NCBI GenBank assembly: GCA_951406725.2
Contig: OX597823.1
Coordinates: forward strand, 75,702,001 to 75,766,000
DNA length: 64,000 bases
Direction of reading: 5' to 3'
Source of the DNA: Octopus vulgaris
Lineage: Eukaryota
Within the stretch, counting starts at the first letter, position 1. The number at the start of each line of letters is the position of its first letter. The notes under the pieces are model-generated. The model saw nothing but the letters and a program-made list of their open reading frames with translations. It did no database searches and was not told the origin of the DNA. A program made the translations under genes and the position numbers. Shown here in pieces: positions 14,941 through 29,481 of this stretch.

Positions 14941-15372
14941 ATTTAGTAGAAAATATTAAAATATAGAAAGAGATGAACGCTCGAGTTGTTGTTAATCTCT
15001 GTATATTATGAACTCCTCTACATACGTTTCGACAGGTGCATTCCAAAATGTCTGGCGGAATAAATAATGGGCACAAGTGCACCAATCTATGCAGGAGGTT
15101 TATGATAACAAGCTCATCAAATAAGCATGTTAACCCAGAAAGAAAGTCCTACAAAATGTAAAGTATTCATAATTATATGGAAACAGGCGTTCACACTCAA
15201 ACATGTGGCGTATCAATATAAACATTATATACATACAAAAACACAAACGTATACTAACACATACATAAACACTCATCAAAATACAAAAACTTACACATAT
15301 ATACATTCATATATACATATATATATACACACTTTTTAAATTCTACGTAAAACGTTATATATATGTGTGTGT

Positions 15373-15407
<35 letters not shown>

Positions 15408-15463
15408 TGTGTGTGTGTGAATAAATAAATGGAGTTTAACGCAGGTATAAATCAAATATTTTT

Positions 15464-15549
15464 ACTTTCGACACATGTTTCGAACATTCCACTGATACTA
15501 TTCAAAAGAATAAACGGTATATACAATGCAATCTTTTCTTCAGGAAAGT
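15464..15549 (-). ncRNA. Type I hammerhead ribozyme with extended stem II
   Basis: Minus strand: actttc-CTGAAGA-[aaagattgcattg...cagtggaatgttc]-GAAA-catgtg-TC-gaaagt; stem I actttc/gaaagt; GUC cleavage triplet. Confidence 0.7.
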
Positions 15550-15619
15550 GAACAAAAGAAACTCGTCAATTAGACGTTTTAGGAAAAGATGATGGATTTG
15601 TATAGCGATTAAATGATGT

Positions 15620-15705
15620 ACTTTCCTGAAGGGAAGATTTCATTGTTTATACTATTTATTCTTTCGAATAATATTAGTGGAATTTTCGAAACATGTATCG
15701 AAAGT
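15620..15705 (+). ncRNA. Type I hammerhead ribozyme with extended stem II (A9->G core variant)
   Basis: actttc-CTGAAGG-[gaagatttcattg...tagtggaattttc]-GAAA-catgta-TC-gaaagt. Confidence 0.6.
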
Positions 15706-15895
15706 AAAAATATTTGATTTATATCTGCGTTAAACTCCATTTATTTATTCATATTATATAAATATTCCACTTAAACACGAAGTTTCTGCCTTTATAAACA
15801 AGGAGTTTACTCTTTACTTATGTGATTGTTTGCTACCCTGGTAAGTATTTATTTATTTTTCCGTGTTAATTGTTAACAAGGTAAAAATACACTCA

Positions 15896-15959
<64 letters not shown>

Positions 15960-17379
15960 TACACACACACCTATATATATAAAAAATATTTAATATTTCT
16001 ACTAAATATGTCTCAGTTTCCCGAGATTATTTCCTGGGACATTTAAGCAACATTTAGCTATATTGTATTTGTTCCCTTAGATTTCTCCTATTAATTGTAA
16101 ACTCTTCATTACACCAGGCTTTATTTGAATGAACCTGCAAATGGAGATCTTTAATGTCAATGCCTCTTTCAAGGACATACCTATTCTTCCAAGAAAAGTA
16201 TGTCTGAAACAGCACACCATTAAGACCAATTCCTTCATTAATCAGAATAGATGGCCAGCTTTCTGTTTGGATAATAAGGATATCGAAACATCATCAAACC
16301 ATTGTAATTCGGGGTTTAGGAAAGTTTTCAAATAAAAAAACAACCCTCCCACTAACCCAGCTTAAAAATACTTTGAAGGATACCTCTGAACTATAGCAAA
16401 GAATGTGAAGTTCCATAGCATTGTGATTAATCTATATTTTGTATCTTTTCATTTGTCTTGCTCGCTTACTTTCTGGCGTTTGCTAAATTTTCTTGAGAAC
16501 ATTCCATTCTTAGTGGTAAGACCATAGCGGATCTCCTTCTAGCATAATGGATGTCCACTTACAGGTCATTCCACTTATATATATATCATACGTTATATAA
16601 ATCTATTAATGAGTATGTTTTTCGTTTATATAATTTCATTTATGCTTTAGACGAAATTCTTATGATGTATTTTAAAAATACGTATTGTCCAAATAGATAT
16701 ATATTGGAATATTTTATTTTACTTTATGAAGTATGTTAAGTTTTATATTGTCTCGGGTTTTGAAAACACATCATATACTATTGAAATCTTCAAATTTATT
16801 CAGAGAGATATTCACCATATTCTGTAACAGAGGTGTTTGAATTCTATTTGTAACAAATTACTTCAGATTATTTCCTAGAGACTGAATCTCTTATTGACTC
16901 ACATTGTATATAATCATCTTATGTTTGCACTGCTAATTAACTAGGGCCAATTTCGCCTCAAGGATGAGCTTAATTTCATCGCGAATTTCTCAGCATTACT
17001 GCAGCGTTAATAAATTTATAATTGGCAATATAGTTATCCCCTACTGCGATGTAATCTAATCATAAACAAATATTCTCGCTATCCAAACATTTATTACAAT
17101 GTGTTTGTATTGGAGCAAACGGGAAATCGGAAGAAACTAAAAAATTGCAATGCCTCTATCCTGGGATTCAATGTGGTTACAGTTTCCTCTGTCGGATTCG
17201 TCCATTGAATACAAAAACTCTTGTCATGCAAAGGGAAAGAGGGGAATGTTCAGAAGACAAACGTGATTTTCTCGTAGTCTCCATCTCGTTAATCAACAGT
17301 TCATGATTAAAATTCACTTTTTGTGGAACAACTAAGGTATTGCCCAATTTTATAAGAAATTTTTCAGTTAATACATTAA

Positions 17380-17779
17380 TCTTTATATATAAAAGTGAGG
17401 TTGTGTGAGAGTCTGTCTCCTACGATTTAGATTCCTAACTACTCCCACATTTTGCGGTGCAGTTTAACCAAAACCGGGTATCTTATAGTCGTGATTCATA
17501 TCGAGCCTTTCTGGGTATTATCGCGCGTCTACGATGAGTCTACGATTAAAAAAAAAATTACCATCTTTTTTTCCATGTTAATGCCTTTTTTCGCTATTAT
17601 ATAAGGGAAGTTACTCTCTAAAAATGTCTAAGATGAGTCAACGATTTTTTAAAAAAAATTACCATAATTTTTTTCCATTTTTAATGCATTTTTCTTCTAT
17701 TTTTTGGCTATAACTCTCTAAAAATGCTTATATAGTTATTTCCCTTACAAACCCGAGCAACGCCGGGCGATACTGCTAG
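17380..17779 (+). mobile_element. Non-autonomous Helitron (400 bp)
   Basis: 5' TC(tttatatataaaagtgag) follows a host A. Subterminal GC hairpin cccgagcaacgccggg at 17752-17767; 3' CTAG followed by host T; no TSD; internal ~95-bp imperfect duplication (about 17530-17727). Confidence 0.85.
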
Positions 17780-18618
17780 TAATAAATATGAAGGAAATGT
17801 TTAGTTGAAACAATATTCTTGTATGGTTTTTTAGGTTTTGCTCAATCAACTGCGACCATGTTTAGGCAAAAATTGAAGGTTTTTCACAGATACTATTGTT
17901 ATGTCGCACGTTCGGATAACCTCTGCTCAACTCTCGACTCTAATCTTCTCCCTGTATATCTACGTATGGGGCTAGTTTACTTCATCGTCTGGGGGCGTCG
18001 ACACAACAACTATTAATATGTTGCGGGACATGAAATTTTATGGGAAATCTTATTTATCAGCATCAGCATAAAAACAAAATAGAAACACACAAGGAAACGA
18101 ACATACAACTTCAAACATATATATATGTACGCAGGTAACTACAGCCATACAAACATATATGTATATACGTTGATATATGTATGTGTGTGTGTGTATGTAT
18201 ATGCATAAATATATATATATATACATGTGTGTGTGTGGGCGCGCGCATGTGTGTAATGTGTGCCTGTGTACATGTATGTAAGTGTGTTTAAGTGTATCTA
18301 TACGTAACGCATTCATTCTTTATCTTGAAAACAGGTGGAAGAAAATGCAGAAACGTAACAATTAATCAAAGAAGGTAAAACTGAAGCGAGTGAATGAATC
18401 TAGGTAAGAGTTGACTGTCACAACAACCAATATGAATACACTTACATGACTTACTCCTAACCAATCTAACCAGAAGATTAGACTGGTGCGTATCTCGTGT
18501 CAGGAGATAATAATTTAGGTTCTATAAATGATTGTGTATGTATGCCTGTGTATATGCAGTATGAATATTGAAACACACAGTCGTATGCATATAATTACAG
18601 ACACACACACATATATAG

Positions 18619-18692
<74 letters not shown>

Positions 18693-20575
18693 AATGACTT
18701 ATTGTAATCCCATAATCAATGTGATATAATGATGGTCAGTTAAGAATAACGTAGGAAGCAAGGAATTATATGAGTGGTTTTGACTATTGGATGTACTTAA
18801 TATTATTAAACATTTTCTCACCTCAGAGAATATGAAACGTTCAGTAATCCATAAAATATAGCAAATGTACCAAAATATATACGCCAGAGATACAACAATG
18901 TAGCTCAAGATTTCTCCAAGTCTCTGACCTCTCGTCTCTCAAAATGTTGAAGAATGCAATCTCAATCTCTTCATTTACAGTTACAGCTATTTTCCATTAA
19001 TCAAATTTGATCTATAAATCTTCTAAGAACTTTGCTGATGGAACATACTCAAAATTTACTTCCATTTATTTCTTCTTTCGAATTTCAAATACTTCCCCCG
19101 CTTCTGTAACTCATCAGAATTTCAACAACTCGTTTGTTGAAATATTACCAATATGACATTTGTTTAAACTGCAGATGTACCGTCGAAAATTTTTTCAAGT
19201 AATTCTGATATATTTTATGGCTTGGTTTTACAAAAATACTTTTCCATGAATCCCGGTTTGTTTTGTCGGATAAATCGACGTGAAATGAACTTACGAGCGT
19301 TTGTTTTGCTGAGAAATAGGTGTTTTTTCGCTTCATAAAACTTAATGAAACATCGCGTAGGGTTTGGATATAGTATCTCAATAGATTATCGACTCCATTG
19401 TGTAAAATATAAATTTTATGTATTTTAAAATATAAGTTTATCGTTCTTTGTTCTCTCTACGAATTCATTCATATAATCATAAATGAAAGAGATGGCATTC
19501 AATGAGTAATAATATGAATAACGACAAAAGTGGCGACTGTTAAACTTTCAATTTTTCCCGTTATATGTTTACATATAATGCCCAAGCATTTATCATTCTC
19601 TGAGTAATGAGCTGAATTGACTGAAATTGGCGAGATTGTCAACCATACAACTTTATATATATGTATGTATTTATATATATATATGTGTGTATATTTGTTT
19701 GTATGTATGCATGTATGTGTAGATGGATGGATGTGTCTATCTATCTATCTACCTATCTATCTATCTATCTATCTATCTATCAATCTATCTATCCACTAAT
19801 ATTTGTCGTTTTTCAATGAGATGTATAATGCTCCCGTGGATCCGGGTATATTGCAAGTGTCAGGCTGTGAATTGCACGTAATTTTGTTGGTAGAAATTCT
19901 ACCCATTGGAATTGGTTTCCTCCTTTCTGATTGAACCATCGATGTATGCTCTATCGGAGATCAGAATGATCAGTTTACTTGACTTACACGCCATGTATGC
20001 ATTGAATATCTACAATGCATCATCGGTAAAGCGCTTTATTTCTACGCTTATAATAGCACACATCATTTATTGCTAACATTCCATCCCAAGTACATTCTCT
20101 CCAGCATATTATCTTTATGCAAGCCCTTCATTGGTTATTTGATTCAATGAAAGGGAAACAAGCATACCTTCAACATGGAACATCAATATCACTCACTTTC
20201 TCATAAAAATGTAAAGCTGGCACCTCTAAGCCTCAATAACAATGAAATAATTGAAAGAGCGAAAAGTACATCGCAATGATTTTCGGTCACCCTCAAAATG
20301 AAAAGTATTGTAACCTTTAAGCCACCAAAAATTTCCGTACCGTAGGTGACTCAAAATAAAATACTATATTCTCACTTTGGACATCATAAGTGCAACAGAG
20401 AAACATCTGTCAATGCATAGAAATCCAACACCCTCAATCGCGTACCTTCAATTTGTGCAGAAATATGCTGGGATTTAATGTGGTCATCTCAGTTTACCTG
20501 CTCTATCACTAATAAGAAATTCCGTTCTCTTTTTTGATATATATATATATATATATAAATATATACATACATATC

Positions 20576-20625
<50 letters not shown>

Positions 20626-20636
20626 TATATAGAAGG

Positions 20637-20687
20637 AGCTTCTACAGGACTAGTACTGTTTCATTCAAGAGAAATCTTCAGGAAGCT
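20637..20687 (-). ncRNA. Type I hammerhead ribozyme in inverted pLTR
   Basis: Minus strand: agcttc-CTGAAGA-tttctcttgaat-GAAA-cag tactagtc ctg-TA-gaagct. Confidence 0.85.
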
Positions 20688-21068
20688 ATTTAACAAGAAT
20701 TGTATTAGCATTTATACATTTAGGCAGGTTTAAATGAGTGGTGGTGGGGGACTTTTTGGGGGTAGGCATAGCGCAAAATATCATACTTGGGGGAGTGGTC
20801 AAGGAGTCAGTGGTAAGTTAGATGAAAGAATAGATAAATAAAAAAATAAAAAAATAAAAAATAAAAAAATAAAATAAAATAAAAAAATAAAAAAATAAAA
20901 AATATAAAAAATATATATAAAAAAATATATATATAAAATATATATATAAAAAAATATATATATAAAAAAAGGGGGGATAGAGTTATAGGTAAATAAGGAG
21001 ATTCTCACTTATACCTATACACACATGTATACGTATCTACATACACATTCATACATACACATATATAT

Positions 21069-21115
<47 letters not shown>

Positions 21116-21566
21116 CCTACACATACACACATACATACATACAAATATACATATACATATATATATATACAATCCAATACAGGCCCATTCCCTAATTTTA
21201 ATTTTATTATCTTCATTTATTACTTTTGTTATCTTTGATCGCTAGGCTAAGAATCCTGGCAATGGCTGCATGTCCATTTGTCTGTCAACTAGAAGGCAAG
21301 TACTCATTCCCGCACGCACACTCATTAGCACGTACATTCACCCATTCGTACACTCATACACATACACGTACGCACGCGTTATATTCATACATACAAACAT
21401 CTACATACGTTCACGTATATACACATACGTACTCGTACCTACAGATTCGTGTCTACACTTTAGGAGGCTAGTCTATACATATACACCAATAAATATACAT
21501 ATATATATATATACCCTACATATACACACACACACACACATATATACTCATACATACAGATACATA

Positions 21567-21622
<56 letters not shown>

Positions 21623-22009
21623 CATACACATACACACATACATATACACACACATACATACACATATATATACATACACAAACATATATACACACATATA
21701 TATATACATACACACATACACACATACATACGTATATACCTCCATGCTTACATGCATTTATACGCATACACACACCCATCTATATATATGTATATATATA
21801 TATATATATATACACACTCACACATACATATACAAATCTACGCACACACATACATACATACACGTATACGCATACACGCACATACACATATACATGCGTA
21901 CCCATGCACGTGCACACACGCACGCGCATCCATATATATACACACACACACACATATATATATACACGTGTGCAAGCATACATACATACTCATACGCGCA
22001 CACATACTT

Positions 22010-23102
22010 ACGGCCTTTTCGCCCTCCACAATATAAACCCCAGGACCAAGGATGGGTTCCGGAAAAATCTTCACACCTTCTTTAAAAACTTAGGCCTTAG
22101 GATTACCCTAGAATCCAACTTAACTAAGGCTAACTTCCTAGATGTCACCCTCGACTTAAAAACCTCACTTTATTACCCGTACCACAAACCAAATGAATCC
22201 CTTAGATATATAGATATCAATTCCAACCACCCCAGAAATATATTAGATAACCTAGTAAAAAGTGTCTCAATTAGAATCTCTAGCCTGTCCGCCACGGAAG
22301 ATATCTTTAAGGCCGCAGCCCCCTATTACAACGAGGCCCTGGCCCGCAGTGGTTTTAAAGATAAGATTACCTACACTAGTATAGCCCCACGCCAACCCAG
22401 GAAAAATAGACGAAGACACATTAGCTGGTACAACCCCCCTTCAACCGTGAGGTCGCTACACCTGTAGCTAAGATCTTTTTCACTCTCCTACAGAAACACT
22501 TCCCCACCCAACATAAGTACTACACTATCCTAAATAAGAACACTATTAGACTCTCCTACTCTACCACGCCCAACCTAGCCAGGAACCTAGCCAACAACAA
22601 TGTGAAAAAACTTAACATATCTACTTTCTCCGGGGCCCATCCAACGTCCGATAGCAATTGCAACTGCCATGATAAAACCACCTGCCCCCTCAACAACAAC
22701 TGCCTACAGAGGGACCTAGTATATAAATGCGAGGTAAGATCAGGCCTTGACGATGAAAGTAAATCCTACATTGGAATGACGTCAAACAGCTTTAAGACCC
22801 GCTGGTATGCACATACACACTCGTTCCGGCGACAGGATAAATCCAACCAAACTACCCTCGCCGCCCACATCTGGTACCTTAAAAGGAACTCAATCCCCTT
22901 CAAGACCAAGTGGAAACTACTACAGAAGGCGCGCTCGTACACAGGAGGACATACCTGCTGTGACCTATGCATATCAGAGAGCCTAGAGATCTTGTTCGCC
23001 AAAGGCCCTCTCCTTAACAAATTTTCAGAACACTCCCCAAATTGCATTCATAAGAAGTATGCGAACTACAAGAACTATAGACCTACCCGGCAACCTGATT
23101 GA
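22010..23102 (+). pseudogene. PLE polyprotein C-terminal part (RT thumb + CxCx5C + GIY-YIG endonuclease); 5'-truncated, one frameshift
   Basis: GLFAL...NFLDVTLDL...YYPYHKPN...SNHP...WYNPP; one extra C in the run at 22434-22439 continues FNREVATPVAK...RLSYSTTPNL...CNCHDKTTCPLNNNC..LVYKC..YIGMT..FKTRW..CDLCISE..CIH; stop TGA at 23100-23102. Confidence 0.9.
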
Positions 23103-23346
23103 TGACAAACCCCCCTACAACCCCCCTACAACCCCACCCAACCCCACTGTTCCCCTAGCACCACCGATTACCTTTTCTCCTAAGACCTTTCACATATTAT
23201 ATGTGCACGCTTGTATATGTGTATCGTATGTATGTATGTATATATGTATAGAAATGCATGGGTACAGTAGGAATATACGCATGTATTATGTGTGTGTGTG
23301 TGTATGTATGCATGTAAAAAAATATATATGTATATATATTTGCATA

Positions 23347-23389
<43 letters not shown>

Positions 23390-23754
23390 GCTTGTATGTG
23401 TGTGTGTGTGAATATGTGTATATGTGTTTGTATGTATATGTGTATATATGTATATGCATATGTATGTGTAAATGTATGTGCTTATGTATGTGTATGTATG
23501 TATAAAATATTATATAATTAGGGCTTAGGAAAATAAAATAAATTACTTTGCCACATACTAAACTTTCTAGAAATAGCAGCCAATAAAGTTTTTTAGCCTC
23601 TTCCACTACTTAGAGAATTTTTTTCCTCTAACATTGTTTACTCAAAATAATAATGGTCCCTTTACATACTGAACACTTGATGAAATTGATTAATAACTAA
23701 TTAACTTTACCCTCCCTTGTTGATATATATATACATATGTATATGTGTACATGT

Positions 23755-23792
<38 letters not shown>

Positions 23793-24063
23793 ATGTGTGT
23801 ATGTATGTATTTGTATATGTGTGTGTGTATGTGTATGTGTGCGCGTGTGTGTGTATGTATGTGTATGTATACTTGTATATGTATATGCATGAATGTATAT
23901 ATATGTGTGTGTATATGTGTATTATGTATGTATTTATATAGATATGTAGTTTATATATATATATGTATGTATATGCATGTGTATGTATGGGTATGTGTAT
24001 CAGTGTATATGTATATATGTATGTGTGTGTGTATGTATATGTATGTATATGTGTATATATGTA

Positions 24064-24094
<31 letters not shown>

Positions 24095-24161
24095 GTGTGT
24101 GTATATGTGTGTATGTATGTGTATGTGTATGTATGTGTATATATATCTATATATGTATATA

Positions 24162-24213
<52 letters not shown>

Positions 24214-24587
24214 TGCGTGTGTGTATGTATGCATATATGTATGTATGCATGTATATGTGTATGTATATATATGTGTGTAAGTGTGTGCATATATGTATTA
24301 GAAATATGTATGTATGAATATAACGCGTGCGTACGTGTATGTGTATGAGTGTACGAATGGGTGAATGTACGTGCTAATGAGTGTGCGTGCGGGAATGAGT
24401 ACTTGCCTTCTAGTAGACAGACAAATGGACATGCAGCCATTGCCAGGATTCTTAGCCCTAGCGATCAAAGATAACAAAAGTAATAAATGAAGATAATAAA
24501 ATTAAAATTAGGGAATGGGCCTGTATTGGATTGTATATATATATATGTATATGTATATTTGTATGTATGTATGTGTGTATGTGTAGG

Positions 24588-24623
<36 letters not shown>

Positions 24624-25157
24624 GGTATGTAGAAAAATACAACATGGACAAGAACGTATAACTCTTAGAAGACGACACAATAAACACGGACAGGACATTC
24701 GAAACCCTCAGTCTTCAGTCAAGAACCGGATCATCGTAGTAATTTCGGCTGATATATATATATATATATATGTGTGTGTATATATATGTGTATGTATGTA
24801 TGTGTGTGTAGATACGTATACATGTGTGTATAGGTATAAGTGAGAATCTCCTTATTTACCTATAACTCTATCCCCCCTTTTTTTATATATATATTTTTTT
24901 ATATATATATTTTATATATATATTTTTATATATATTTTTTATATTTTTTATTTTTTAATTTTTTTATTTTATTTTATTTTTTTTATTTTTTTTTTTTTAT
25001 TTTTTTATTTATCTATTCTTTCATCTAACTTACCACTGACTCCTTGACCACTCCCCCAAGTATGATATTTTGCGCTATGCCTACCCCCAAAAGTCCCCCA
25101 CCACCACTCCTTTAAACCTGCCTAAATGTATAAATGCTAATACAATTCTTGTTAAAT

Positions 25158-25208
25158 AGCTTCCTGAAGATTTCTCTTGAATGAAACAGCACTAGTCCTG
25201 TAGAAGCT
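25158..25208 (+). ncRNA. Type I hammerhead ribozyme in 3' pLTR, sense to the ORF
   Basis: agcttc(25158)-CTGAAGA(25164)-tttctcttgaat-GAAA(25183)-cag cactagtc ctg-TA(25201-2)-gaagct; GUA triplet. Confidence 0.85.
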
Positions 25209-25320
25209 CCTTCTATATAATAAATTAATTTTACTCTGCTATGTATTGAGTACCTTACTTACTGTGGTTAACCCCGAATCAACCCGGGACCTACATATAT
25301 ATATATATATATATATATTT

Positions 25321-25772
<452 letters not shown>

Positions 25773-26309
25773 ATATATATATATATATATATACATACCA
25801 ACGTCTAAGGCGCACAAAGCGCCCCTTCTATCAGTTTTCACCAATAACGTAACAGCTATCATGCTCCTTATCAAAACCTTAACCAAATTCGTTCCTTTCC
25901 AGGAGATTGAATTTAGACATTCGATTACTGCATATTTTTATTCTGAAACCGCTGACTTGGAATTGTTGAAGGTGAAGGACAGCTGCATTGTTCTCCACAA
26001 CCCTGGAGAACGCAAGTGCAAGGTATCAGTTTCTCTCCAAAGACAAAACAAGACGAAAATAGATACAATTCATGTGCATGTATGCGCGTGTGTGTAGCGC
26101 GCGACCGTGTTTCTGTACATGCGGAGAAAGTTGTGAGGTCGTGGACAGTTAAATGTTACTCGTTTCTGGATATGGATGCTAAACGTGGTAATGCACTGCA
26201 TAAGATGTTTTAGTGTTTCTTATCGACAATGTTCACTTATTTAATCACCAAATATATATTTTACAGAAAACTGCTTGTTGCCAACAAGTAGTTATCTTCT
26301 TTGATCGAC

Positions 26310-27138
26310 CTACAGAAATGGTCGACGGCATACGACGTAGTCAAGCACTGACATCACCAGTTCAAATGTGGTCGGACACCGGTGAAAACTGCATCTAATC
26401 CTGGACGACCACATGAAGACAAGTGTAGGGTCTGGGGAAAAAAATAATTCACGATTTTTTGCACATGCGTAAGTTATCTGTATTATGGATTCCCCGGATG
26501 CTCTCACCATTTCAGTAGTAGTAACGAGTCGATTGGTCCCACGATCTTTTGGCAATGTACCAAGAAAACAAGGTGTACTTTTTCGGAAGACTTATCACAC
26601 ATGAATAAACATGGGACCATCACTATGATCGTGTCGTGGCAATGGAAGCATTCACCACCTCCAAAGAAGCCTCGTGTCCAACCCTTAGCAGGCAAGGTGA
26701 TGCTCACAGTCTTTTAGGACCAGCGCAAATATTCTGTCAAAGGAAACCACAGTCAACAGGACATATTATGCTTCTCTGCTACAGTAATTGCAGAACGCCA
26801 TCAAACCGGAAGTTGTGGTATGCGAACGAAAGTAGTTCTCAGTGTGCATGCTTCCCATATGAAGCACACTCATGCGGCTATGAAATCCTTACTCCCCGAC
26901 CTTACACCATCTGCCTTTTCTGATGATGATGAACTAATTTCCGTGGTAAAGTCTTGGCTTCAGATGTTACCCACCTACATCTACAGATAACTGTCTTCAC
27001 AGCTGCATAAATCGAGGGTAGAAGTGTGCCACAATCTGTGCGGCTATGTAGAAAAGGTTTAATAAGTCTGCCAAGTTTCATTTATCCCAGTCCTGGTGAA
27101 GTGGGTCAGGGGAAAGTTTTAATGAACATCCCCCCGTA
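26310..27138 (+). mobile_element. Decayed mariner transposon with right TIR, related to 61881-63118
   Basis: YDVVKH*HHQFKCGRT..NPGR, WSHDL (WVPHEL), AGKVMLTVF and FSDDDEL fragments. TIR aagtgggtcagggga...aatgaacatcccccg-TA resembles 63082-63118. Confidence 0.8.
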
Positions 27139-27195
27139 CAATGTAAATGCAAGCACACAGATAGACTCGGTTCCAAGCATGTGTATTTATATATG

Positions 27196-27251
<56 letters not shown>

Positions 27252-28878
27252 TGTGTGTGTCTGTGTCTGTGTCTGTGCTCCATAGTATATACATAAAAGT
27301 TAGTATTTATTTTATTTATACCAGTTAAACTATGCCTGTATCTGATTGAATATTTATGATTATCAGTGGATGAAAGTTTACACTGATATAGTACTTGGTG
27401 TGTCATCAAATTTGTTATTCCTCAGTTCCTTTAATTTTTCACCTTTCTGCATTGTGCATCCTGTTTTGAAAGTCCCCCTTAACAAAACAATGTCAGAATT
27501 GAAGGATTTACATCGTACATTACGCCATTTTTGTTTGTAGCCTGATTTATTTCTCATACCAAATCTACAATTACACTCGTCTACTAACTAAATTTCAATG
27601 AATCAAAAGCAGCTGAAAAGAGCCACAATAAATACATTAAGTTCGGAATGAATTGTTTCTACTACACGAGTCTTTGCATTTGGAGCGTGTATATTTTCGT
27701 TTGTTCGGCTAAAAATAGCAGTAAGAAATCCTTCATATCCCACATGGACATGGAACAAAATACAGTGTAACGTAAACGAAAACTTTGATTAAAACCGATG
27801 CGCGTTTTATCCAAAGCCTGAAATATATCAAAACAATAACGAACGTTATAAATATATTGGATCTAATTTCCTGCCACAATTTTTATTACTATTTTAGTCT
27901 CGATCAAAACAGTTTAAGATGGATATAATAGAGATTCGATAGTAATTAAATTTTTAGCAGAACCAATTCAGGCCAACAATGGCAAGATAAACAGAAAGCA
28001 ATATTGTCTTAGAAATCCCTAAAATACAATTATGCTACTTAATCGGTTTGGATCACGTTTACTGACATGGCTTAGAAGATTTTCCTTCGTTATATTGCGG
28101 ATGGGGCAAAATAGGTAATATATAATTCCATATTACTTCTTACATTATATATTTTTTTACATTCCCTATAATCTTTTATATCCGTAGAACCCTTTACGTT
28201 ACAAGTATTGCTTTACCTTTGTGAGTAAAAATTGAACAGCATACTTATTATTAACATTGTAGCAGTTTGTGACATAGCTAACCGTTCTTTTCTTTTTCTA
28301 GAAAAGTTTACTTAAGTCTAAACCGATATAATTGAGGCTGCCAATATAATATCTTGAATAATTACTGGTGTTAAACAATCAAACTTCTTTTCCTTGTTGA
28401 ATTCCAAGTAATTTTGTTTCCACACTTATGTCTAATTTCATAATTACCAATTTTCAAAAATTGACGTCTACAGTACATAAAATGAATAATGACTTCAAAG
28501 CTTCATTGTCTTTTCCTGCATGGTGCGTAAATATATCAGGGAGAGATTCGTTGCAGCAAACTGTGGAGACGTTATTGAGAATATTCATGTTGAGCTTCAA
28601 GGTTTAGCGAAATTGTTTTAGTTTAATATCGTGGGTTATTCTCCACGACCCTCTTCCATTTGTCCAAAACAATTACAATTTTTGCTGCAGTTTAAATTTT
28701 TTTGATATCTAAGGATGGATAGTGACATGTATGAATAACTTTTTTTTTAAACTGCAATTCTGGACAACTAAAGAAGGAAATTCGATTTTATTAGTCTTAC
28801 TCAATTTGCCCCATCACATTATTAGAGGTGCAATATTAAGTGATTTATACCCGATAATGATATTAATAACGATAATGA

Positions 28879-28994
<116 letters not shown>

Positions 28995-29054
28995 CATATT
29001 GATTACATAAATGCATATATATATATGTCTGAATGCATATGTGATATGTAATAT

Positions 29055-29481
<427 letters not shown>

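Larger units (their letters stand above)
15418..15751. repeat. Inverted repeat, ~132-bp arms (15418-15549 and 15620-15751) with 70-bp spacer; probable PLE pseudo-LTR fragments
   Basis: tgaataaataaatggagtttaacgcag...gaaagt is the reverse complement of actttc...ctgcgttaaactccatttatttattca, with scattered substitutions. Confidence 0.9.
20628..25290 (+). mobile_element. Penelope-like retroelement (Naiad-like), 5'-truncated, with inverted 5' pseudo-LTR and direct 3' pseudo-LTR
   Basis: RT/GIY-YIG coding segment at 22010-23102. Region 20628-~21394 is a near-identical reverse complement of ~24307-25220 apart from microsatellite length and one insertion. Both arms carry an HHR. Confidence 0.9.

Noticed and set aside
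18335-18402. Possible exon (acag|gtgg...ctag|gtaag)
   Set aside because: Stops occur in all three frames to the GTAAG donor and no partner exons were found; it cannot be supported without RNA data.
23100-25157. SECIS element in the PLE 3' region
   Set aside because: No convincing ATGA/GA quartet stem with an AA loop was seen by eye, and the ORF has no in-frame TGA.
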